A DNA stretch of 64,000 bases from an uncultured Planctomycetaceae bacterium (GTDB taxonomy: Bacteria > Planctomycetota > Planctomycetia > Planctomycetales > Planctomycetaceae), in assembly GCA_963815195.1 (NCBI GenBank), contig CAWFGE010000010.1:160001-224000 (forward strand), read 5' to 3'. The notes under the pieces are model-generated. The model worked only from the letters and a program-made list of their open reading frames with translations, did not search any database and was not told where the DNA came from. Made by a program: the position numbers and the translations under genes. Below, piece by piece: positions 33,261-40,610 of this stretch. Position 1 is the first letter of the stretch; the number at the start of each line of letters is the position of its first letter.

Positions 33261-33396
33261 TCAGTAGTTCCAAAAAAGGCGAGAGCCGCGCACGAAGTAA
33301 GCGGTCTTGCGAGCTCTGAATTTCAAAAAAAACCGCTTACTTCGTGCGCGGCTCTAAAGAAACGAAATCCTTTTCCGAGTTTTTTGGAACTACAGA
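33261..33396. mobile_element. 136-bp MITE-like element: terminal IRs enclosing a perfect 24-bp inverted repeat
   Basis: tcagtagttccaaaaaa ... ttttttggaactacaga; inner arms agagccgcgcacgaagtaagcggt (33282-33305) and accgcttacttcgtgcgcggctct (33332-33355). Confidence 0.7.
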
Positions 33397-33432
33397 TATT
33401 AGAAGTTCACACTCTCTTGGGGAACCCACACC

Positions 33433-34167
33433 ATGAACATTTCCGGATTGACCGCCGGGCAACTGTCGGCTTTGGCGAAGTATGACACTCCCACGGTTTG
33501 CAACGTCATCGAGTTGTGGAACATCCGCCCGCGAAACCTGGGCTACATGAACCACCACATCAAAGCCTGTTTTCCCCAAATGCCGCCGATGGTGGGCTAC
33601 GCCTGCACGACGACGTTCCGCAGCATGGCTCCACCGAAGGGCGGGGACGTGTATGCCGACATGGTCAAGCAGGTCGAAGCCTTCGCAGAACTGCCCGGCC
33701 CCGCGGTGGTGGTGTTTCAGGACTTGGACGACCCCGTCGCCGCCGCCACCTTCGGCGAGGTCATGTGCACCACCTATCAAAGCTTCGGAGCCAAGGGGCT
33801 GATCACTTCGGGCACAGGGCGGGATTTGGACCAGGTCGAAGCCATTGGGTTTCCGGTCTTTACCAATGGCACAACCTGTGCCCACGGCTACTGCCATATG
33901 CTCTCGGTCCAGGTGCCCGTGACGGTGGGCGGCATCGTGGTGTATCCCGCCGATCTGCTGCACGGCGATGTGAACGGCGTGACCACCATCCCCCACGAAA
34001 TCGCCTCCGAAGTCCCAGGCGCCTGCCAAGAATTGATGGAAGCCGAAAACATCGTGCTGAACTACCTCAAAAACAACACCCCCACGCCCCAAGGCTTCGC
34101 CGAGGCCCGAAAAGCCTGCGGTGCCGAAATCCAAGCCCTCGGCAAACGCCTGCGCGGGGAAAAGTAA
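33433..34167 (+). CDS. RraA/HMG-aldolase family protein
   Basis: '[10 protein letters not shown]', 'ATFGEVM', 'GRDLDQV', '[10 protein letters not shown]'. Confidence 0.88.
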   Translation: MNISGLTAGQLSALAKYDTPTVCNVIELWNIRPRNLGYMNHHIKACFPQMPPMVGYACTTTFRSMAPPKGGDVYADMVKQVEAFAELPGPAVVVFQDLDDPVAAATFGEVMCTTYQSFGAKGLITSGTGRDLDQVEAIGFPVFTNGTTCAHGYCHMLSVQVPVTVGGIVVYPADLLHGDVNGVTTIPHEIASEVPGACQELMEAENIVLNYLKNNTPTPQGFAEARKACGAEIQALGKRLRGEK

Positions 34168-34284
34168 ATCCGCGGTCGGGAAGGGAATTTCTCGATTCCT
34201 ACCTGAGCCTCGGCGATTGGGACGAGTTGTTTGAGTTTTTCGGGTTCCGTGCCGCGATTGGCGGAAACGGACGCCAGCATCCCG

Positions 34285-34513
34285 CGTGTCGCCCGTCAAC
34301 ATTTCATAGAGCAGCACCTCCAGCGAATTGATGTCGCTCCGCGTGTCGATGTCTGATCTGGTTGAGCTTGGCTTGTTCGGGACTCATCTTGTCCAAGGTC
34401 CCGACGAGTTGGCCCTATTCCATGAACATGCTCTTCTCGGTCAGCTTCTGGCTGCTGGCCTTGGCCTTGGCCGCGCCGAAGTCGATCGCCTTGGACGCGG
34501 GCCGGTCGTCGTT
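34285..34513 (-). pseudogene. Relic of a Ser/Thr protein kinase (subdomains VII-IX)
   Basis: Manual translation: DDRPASKAIDFGAAKAKASSQKLTEKSMFME*GQLVGTLDKMSPEQAKLNQI/fs/DIDTRSDINSLEVLLYEMLTGDT. It has an in-frame stop, a frameshift and degraded motifs. Confidence 0.8.
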
Positions 34514-34853
34514 AGTCCGCCACCAGCACGTTTGAAAAACATCGGAACGCAAACTCAATGTCTGTTTGTCCCTATGTGCTCAACCAGCCGATTCTGCAAA
34601 TGCCATAAGCCCAGCCCGTAATTGAATTTGCAAAATTCTCCAAAAGGCGTGTCTTTTCGCGACGAAAAAGACATCTCTATGGTGAGCCAGTTGCAATACG
34701 CGACCCAATGGACTGGCCAAGCAAATCGGATCGTCGATTCAAAACCCGAGGCGGCGGGTCGCAGCTTGGCGACTCGGATAATCGGCGGGATGGACGGTTG
34801 AGACGGTCTCAGCCACCTTCAAGATGATTCCCTGGATAACTGGGAGAAGCCCA

Positions 34854-34982
34854 ATGGTCAAAACCAAGGAAACCAAGAAAACCAAGAAAGTCGTCCGAGA
34901 ATTGAAAGCCCTTCGAACCAATGGGCGAAAAACCGCGGAACGAATCGGCTGCCGGTGCTGCCGGTGCTGCCGGTGCTTTTAG
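34854..34982 (+). CDS. Putative RiPP precursor peptide, 42 aa, MVKTKETKKTKKVVRELKALRTNGRKTAERIGCRCCRCCRCF
   Basis: GGGAGA RBS at 34842-34847, ATG at 34854, TAG at 34980-34982. Cationic leader plus a Cys-rich C-terminal core, directly upstream of DUF692. It is below the ORF-track size cut-off. Confidence 0.85.
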   Translation: MVKTKETKKTKKVVRELKALRTNGRKTAERIGCRCCRCCRCF

Positions 34983-34986
34983 GCAA

Positions 34987-35048
34987 ACGGCACCACAACG
35001 GTGCCGTCGGGAGAAGCCTTCGGACTCGGGGGGAAGGCTTCTTCTTTT
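34987..35048 (+). terminator. Tandem hairpins / intrinsic terminator between the precursor and DUF692
   Basis: acggcacc/ggtgccgt (34987-35007), then agaagccttc/gaaggcttct (35012-35042) followed by tctttt. Confidence 0.7.
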
Positions 35049-35115
35049 CAAATCTGTCCTTGTTGTCGGCCCCGCGGCAATGGACAAATCTTCCAGTTCC
35101 AAGGAGCCGCCTGTC

Positions 35116-35976
35116 ATGCTGCCAGCCATTGGATATGCCATTCGCGAGCAAAACCGGCCCATTCTGAGTGACGCCGCCATCAACGCGGCGGAGATCACCT
35201 TTGAGCGGGCCGATGATCCCTTGCGGATCGACCGCTACATCCGGGAGATGGAGTTCGATCATGTCAGCGTGCATGCCCTGAAACTTTCCGTCGCCAGCCC
35301 CGAACCGCCGGGCGAGCGTTACCTCAAGGCGCTGAAATCGATCGCCGTGGAAAATGGAGCGCAGAGCATCAGCGATCATCTGGGCTTCACTCGCGATGGA
35401 CACAAAGGCGTCGAGATGGGCCACTTCGCCCCGCCGCCTTACACCGAACCCGCCGTGGAAGCCACCGTGCGGAATATAGGAATCATCCAAGACTACTTCG
35501 GCGACATTCGCTTCTATGTCGAGAACATCGCGTATTTGTTTTCCTTCCAAGGCACGATGAGCGAAGCCGAATTTCTTCACCGGGTGCTCAAGCAAAGCGG
35601 CTGCGGCTGGGTACTGGATGTGACCAACGTTTACGCCAACTCTGTGAACTTCGGCTACGATGCCTACGAATTCATCGCCTCGGTCATGCCCGCCGCCGAA
35701 CGCGTGCAAATGCACCTCGCGGGCGGTTTCTACGATGCCAAAGCCAAAATGTATATCGACAGTCATTCGCATCCGATTCCCGAACCCGTTTGGGACTTAT
35801 ATCGCCACTCGTTGGAATTGGGCCGAGGCAAGTTGGATGCGGTGTTCATCGAACGCGATCAAAACTTTCCCGATGAAGCCGGCTGGCGTGAAGAGGTCCG
35901 CACCACCCGCCGCATCGCCGAAGAAGTCTGCCTCGCCGACGCCATGTCATCCCGCGTTCGTCTTTGCAAGGAATAA
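35116..35976 (+). CDS. DUF692 multinuclear non-heme iron oxidative enzyme (MNIO; MbnB/TglH/ChrH family)
   Basis: AAGGAG RBS at 35101. Metal-ligand motifs 'VSVHALKLS', 'SDHLGF', 'VENI', 'LDVTNVYANSVN', 'QMHLAGG', 'IDSHSHP', 'FIERDQNFP'. Confidence 0.93.
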   Translation: MLPAIGYAIREQNRPILSDAAINAAEITFERADDPLRIDRYIREMEFDHVSVHALKLSVASPEPPGERYLKALKSIAVENGAQSISDHLGFTRDGHKGVEMGHFAPPPYTEPAVEATVRNIGIIQDYFGDIRFYVENIAYLFSFQGTMSEAEFLHRVLKQSGCGWVLDVTNVYANSVNFGYDAYEFIASVMPAAERVQMHLAGGFYDAKAKMYIDSHSHPIPEPVWDLYRHSLELGRGKLDAVFIERDQNFPDEAGWREEVRTTRRIAEEVCLADAMSSRVRLCKE

Positions 35977-35988
35977 GGGAAACACCCC

Positions 35989-36744
35989 ATGACCCAGCCC
36001 ACGTCCCCTGAGGAATACGCCGATCAAATTCGCCTTTGCGCCGAAGCGTTGTCGTTAGCGAAGAACGACCAGGTCGCCGGCGACCTGGCCGGTGGGCACA
36101 CGCTGGAGAGGCTCAAGATGTTTACCGACGGCAATCTTGAGAAACGCTACGATAAACTGATCGATCAGTTCGAGTTCATGATGGACGAGTTCGATGGCCT
36201 GGAAGACATTGTTATCGAATATGTGACCAGCATTCCGCTCTCCGCCTACGACACCGCCTGCACCGACGGGGAGCGATTCCTGAAACATTTGGAAGCGACG
36301 AGAGAACTCACCCCGCAGCAGCAAGATTTCGTCACCTGCCAGCGCAGCCGCTATGCATTGGAACTTCTGGCGATCGAGCACCGCCTGGAACATGTTCGCT
36401 TTCAGGAACTGGCGGGGATGGTCGAGACGCTTGCTCCGGAATGGGGCAGCAACCCCAAGTTGTGGGTGCATCTGAACCCGCTCCGCGTTTGGGCGACATT
36501 TCAAACCACGGCCCTGTTGGATGAAGAGGACGAGACGCCCGCCGCGGTCGTGTTTTATCCCGTCCGCGAAGACATCCGCACGGCCCTTTTGGAAGAAGAC
36601 GGCGTCGCCATCACCGGTTTTTTAGAAAACCGCCGCCGGGCAAGATGGGATGATCCCGCTTGGGAAGAAATCGGTTTGAGCCGCGCGGTCCGTGTGGAAA
36701 TCTGCCGCGATCTCGCGGAAATCGGATTGGCTGCCTTTGGTTAG
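35989..36744 (+). CDS. Putative MNIO partner protein (divergent DUF2063-like / RRE-like)
   Basis: Starts 12 bp after DUF692; acidic. 'EYVTSIP...DGERFLKHL...RYALE...HLNP' resembles DUF2063-type partners, and the C-terminus 'EICRDLAEIGL' resembles a winged-helix end. Confidence 0.6.
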   Translation: MTQPTSPEEYADQIRLCAEALSLAKNDQVAGDLAGGHTLERLKMFTDGNLEKRYDKLIDQFEFMMDEFDGLEDIVIEYVTSIPLSAYDTACTDGERFLKHLEATRELTPQQQDFVTCQRSRYALELLAIEHRLEHVRFQELAGMVETLAPEWGSNPKLWVHLNPLRVWATFQTTALLDEEDETPAAVVFYPVREDIRTALLEEDGVAITGFLENRRRARWDDPAWEEIGLSRAVRVEICRDLAEIGLAAFG

Positions 36745-36779
36745 ACGAACCGAGCCTTCGCCCTGAGCGGGAGACGAAA

Positions 36780-37726
36780 ATGGAGCCAGCGACCTTGATC
36801 ACCGCAACCGCGGCCTCGCCCGAACAGGGACCAGCCGAAACACCGGCGAGGTTGACGCTGCGCGGGATATTTCGGCCCAACAAGTGGCGAATCCTCGCAA
36901 CCTATGGTCTGTTTAGCTTGGAGAATCTGCTGCGTCTCGCGCAGCCGCTGGTCGTCGGCTGGGCGATCAATGATTTGCTGGCCTCGTCGTATCGCGGCTT
37001 AATATGGTTTCTCGCTCAACATTTGGCGCATCTGGCGATCGGCACAGTTCGCCAGATGTACGACACCCGCGCGTTTACGGCGATCTATACCGATCTGGCC
37101 GCGGAGTTGGTGGCCGATCAACGGGCGCAGGGCATCGCCGTTTCGCGAGTGGCCGCGCGGTCGGCGATGTCGCGGAATTATGTCGAGTTCTTCGAGCAAT
37201 ATGTCCCGATGGTGATTCGCGCGCTGTATTCCGTGGTGGTGCGCTCGTCATGCTGGCGATATTCGATGCCGGGCTGGTTGTGTTTTGCCTCGGTTTGATC
37301 GTGCCCGCGTTTTGGCTCAATAGGTATTACAGCCGAAATACGTTCGCCCTGAACCGCCGATTGCACGACGAACTCGAACGCGAGGTGCATGTGATCGAGC
37401 AAGGCGATGCGAACGGCGTTCGCGAGCATTACGCCGCCGCCGCCCGTTGGCGGGTGCGGTTGTCCGATGCGGAAGCGATCAACTTCAGCCTGATGGAGTT
37501 TTTCATCTTGGGCGTGCTGCTATTTTCGCTGGTGCGGTTTTTGCGCGGCGCGACCCCGCGGCCGGCGGGCGATATTTTTGCCGTGTTCCGCTACGTGTTG
37601 ATGTTCATCATGGGAATGGATACCGTGCCCAGACTCGTGCAGCAAATCAGCCGGCTGAGAGACATTGGCTTTCGCCTGACCCACCCGCGAAGAGGAAGCT
37701 TATACCAGGGGACGGCAGGTAACTAA
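36780..37726 (+). CDS. ABC-transporter six-transmembrane-domain protein (no NBD), frameshift near 37240
   Basis: 'ENLLRLAQPLVVGWAINDLL', 'RQMYDTRAFTAIY', 'VEFFE', 'LHDELEREV', 'RVRLSDAEA', 'PRLVQQISRLRDIG'. Confidence 0.8.
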
Positions 37727-37799
37727 CCCCGCGGTCGCAATTGAGTCAGCCCGAAGTGCTGCCGCCGTCGTGGAATGATGGGGAGCAGAATCCCGCGGA

Positions 37800-39140
37800 T
37801 CATGTCAATTCGGGAATCGGGCGACCCCCTTCCGTGACGATGGGGATCGGGCGGCCCCGTGGGTTGGTCCAGTGCGCATTGGGATTGATCCCCAAAAACT
37901 GAAAGACCGTGGCCGCAAGGTCCTGCGGGCGAATGGGGTTGGATGCGATGGCCCCGCCTCGGGGATCCGTCGCGCCAATGACTTGCCCGTGTTTCAGCCC
38001 ACCGCCCGTCATCACCATCGACATGACGTTCGTCCAATGATCGCGGCCGGCTTCCTTGTTGATCACCGGGGAGCGGCCGAACTCGCCCATCGTCAGCACC
38101 AGCGTGTTCTCCAGCAGTCCGCGTTGGTCCAGATCATTCACCAAAGTGAACAGCGTACGATCCACGCGGGGCAGAAGCGGTGTCAATCCTTTGACGATGC
38201 CTCCCCAACGGACGTTGTCCCCGTGATGATCGAAGTAGCCCCAGGCCCCACTCACGAGTACAAAGGTCACGCCGGCTTCCACGAGCCGTCGGGCCAACAG
38301 GGCTTTTTGACCAATGCTTTCTTTTCCGTAGGCCGCCTGCGTTTCGGCGGATTCTTCTTGAACGTTGAAGGCTTTCTGAACTTTCCCTGACAGGACCATT
38401 TCAAAGGCTTCTTGGGTGTAGCGATCGAACCGATCCAGATCCCGGTGTTCCAAATCCTGAGCAAAGCGATTGAATTGCCGACGCAGTTCATCGCGGTCGT
38501 TCAGACGAGGAACATCGATTCCCGGCGGCATGGCGAACTTGCCGGCCAGTTGGTGGCCTTTGACTGGGGCATAATCTTGCCCCATCTGCCCCGATTCCCA
38601 CACATCCGCAGCCCAGGAATCGGCCAACCCCACGAAGGCGGGTAGGCCGGGTTCGTTGGGGCCGCGAAATTTGGCCGCCACCGATCCCATGGAAGGATAA
38701 CCGCCGCCATCCTTGCCATCATTCGTCCGCCGGGCCAATGGATTCCCGGCCTGCATGGTGATCGGGGTATGATTGCTGGCCGAACAATCCACCGATCGAA
38801 GGATGGACAACTTGTCGGCTATGGAGGCTTGAAGGGGCAGATGCTCGCTGAATTGCACTCCCGGGATCTTCGTGGCAATGGGCGCATAAGGCCCCCGAAT
38901 TTCCCGTGGGGCCTCCGGTTTGGGATCCCACATATCAATATGGCTGGGGCCGCCCGACAACCAGAACAAAATCACGGCTTTCTTCTCGGCCGTCGGACTC
39001 GGGCCGCCGATGAGGTTGCTGGGAAAACCCGCCAGCGAGAGGCCGCCCAGACCCGCCGCTCCGGTTTGCAGAAACCATCGTCTCGATCCCACTCGAATCT
39101 TGGGCCCGACAGAAGAGCTGGGAAAGGAACGCAAAGACAT
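37800..39140 (-). CDS. DUF1501 family protein
   Basis: 'SRRWFLQ', 'WLSGGPSHIDMWDPKP', 'GEFGRSP..GRDHW'. Confidence 0.92.
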   Translation of the reverse strand: MSLRSFPSSSVGPKIRVGSRRWFLQTGAAGLGGLSLAGFPSNLIGGPSPTAEKKAVILFWLSGGPSHIDMWDPKPEAPREIRGPYAPIATKIPGVQFSEHLPLQASIADKLSILRSVDCSASNHTPITMQAGNPLARRTNDGKDGGGYPSMGSVAAKFRGPNEPGLPAFVGLADSWAADVWESGQMGQDYAPVKGHQLAGKFAMPPGIDVPRLNDRDELRRQFNRFAQDLEHRDLDRFDRYTQEAFEMVLSGKVQKAFNVQEESAETQAAYGKESIGQKALLARRLVEAGVTFVLVSGAWGYFDHHGDNVRWGGIVKGLTPLLPRVDRTLFTLVNDLDQRGLLENTLVLTMGEFGRSPVINKEAGRDHWTNVMSMVMTGGGLKHGQVIGATDPRGGAIASNPIRPQDLAATVFQFLGINPNAHWTNPRGRPIPIVTEGGRPIPELT

Positions 39141-39328
39141 GGGAAACTCCCTTGCGATGGGTCGGTATTGTCGGCGAGTCACGGCCCCAATATATCAATA
39201 CCAACCGATGGGTGCAATCACAGGCCACACGCCAACACGCCAATTGTCCTGCGTACAGGTCGTGGCCGCGGAGTCGATGCGGCGTATCCTGGTTGACCGG
39301 GCTTTATTGTTATGCCGCGTTGGGGCGA

Positions 39329-40321
39329 CTATTTCAAATCCCACGCGGTGACCCACTCCACCTTTGCCGGTTTGAGGCCGTATTCGCTAAGCAGGCGTTT
39401 TTCCATGTCGGGCATGTGGGCGGCTCCGTAGAAGATCGCCATCTTGCGTTTGCCGTTGGCGAGTTCGGTCTGGAACGTTTTGAGCGCGGCCTGGTTGCGG
39501 TCGGCGATCAACAACCGGTTGAGCGTTTCCCCCATCGCGCCCGCGGCTTGCGTGGCGGAGAGTTGCGTCGCCAGAAACCGCTTCATCTTCACGGCTCCGC
39601 TGCTGGGGAAAATCAAATCGGTGATCGTGAGCTCGGGCAGTTTCACATCGTTATTCGCCTGGAGCTTTTCCATGCGGTTCGCCTGTTGGAGCATGTCCCG
39701 CAGGACGCCCAGCGTGAGCGTCATCCCGTCTTCGCCGCGCTTCTTCATCGCTTCGCCCATTTCCTTGGGGGACAGGTCGGCGTGCACGAAATTCTTCTTC
39801 GTGTAGTCGATGTGCTCCAACTGCGATTCGAGCTTGAGCACGTTTTTCATCATTTCCACCGGCAGCATGTCGCCACCGGGCCGGCCGCCTTTGGGAATTC
39901 TCGTGCCCTTCTTGGCGACGAGCTCAAACAGCATGGCGTCGTATTGCTCGAAGCGTTTGTTGAGCTTTTGATAATACGCGCGGTCGCCCACGTGGACGGC
40001 TCCGATCAAATCCAGCGTCAGCCCGCCTTCGCCCGATTGGGGGACGTATCGCACGATGGCGGTTTCGAGCGCGATGGGCGTGCCGTCTTTGTCTTTCCGC
40101 AGCCGAATGAACTCGGTGGACTTCGGCTTTTTGAACGCCTGGCCGTCGGCGGCTTGCTGCGGGGTTGTCGCCACTTCTTGATCTTTGGTGATTTTGTGCG
40201 GAGGCGGCGGAGGCACGGGATCTTGAGCCCCGCTCTTCACCGAAGGGGCCGCCAACACCGGGGCCGCCGAAATCAAACACAACCACGCCGGGATCCAGAA
40301 TTTCACAAGCGAACGGTGCAT
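39329..40321 (-). CDS. Secreted TraB/GumN(TIKI)-like protein
   Basis: Signal peptide; 'LIGAVHVGD', 'LFELV', 'IADRN', 'FYGAAHM'. Confidence 0.55.
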   Translation of the reverse strand: MHRSLVKFWIPAWLCLISAAPVLAAPSVKSGAQDPVPPPPPHKITKDQEVATTPQQAADGQAFKKPKSTEFIRLRKDKDGTPIALETAIVRYVPQSGEGGLTLDLIGAVHVGDRAYYQKLNKRFEQYDAMLFELVAKKGTRIPKGGRPGGDMLPVEMMKNVLKLESQLEHIDYTKKNFVHADLSPKEMGEAMKKRGEDGMTLTLGVLRDMLQQANRMEKLQANNDVKLPELTITDLIFPSSGAVKMKRFLATQLSATQAAGAMGETLNRLLIADRNQAALKTFQTELANGKRKMAIFYGAAHMPDMEKRLLSEYGLKPAKVEWVTAWDLK

Positions 40322-40610
40322 ATCAAAGGGTCTCCAAAATACGGCAGCGAACCGGGTGAACCGGGGCTAGCGCCCTGCGGCTAATGCATGCAATAACCGG
40401 TCGCATCATCAGCCGGAACGCGCTGGCGTCCGGTCGGTTTGTGAATGTTAGGCGAGCCTAAGCTTCCTCCTTAATGTTCGGGCGGCCGATTGCGAACGTC
40501 AAGGGCGAATTGGCGTTTTGCCTTGATTGCCAAAGCCGAAACGCGTTTGATACAACGAATGTTTCGACAAAAGATCGATCAGAAACACATCAACGATCGA
40601 GCGGAGAATC

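Noticed and set aside
34679..34801. 40-codon ORF upstream of the precursor (MVSQLQYATQW...)
   Set aside because: No RBS, no Cys and no recognisable pattern; it overlaps the structured leader.
34739..34921. 60-aa hydrophobic minus-strand ORF
   Set aside because: It is the antisense shadow of the Lys/Thr repeat in the precursor gene.
34921..35115. 65-aa N-terminal extension of DUF692 in the ORF track
   Set aside because: It overlaps the precursor ORF and terminator in another frame. The AAGGAG RBS and family length favour ATG 35116.
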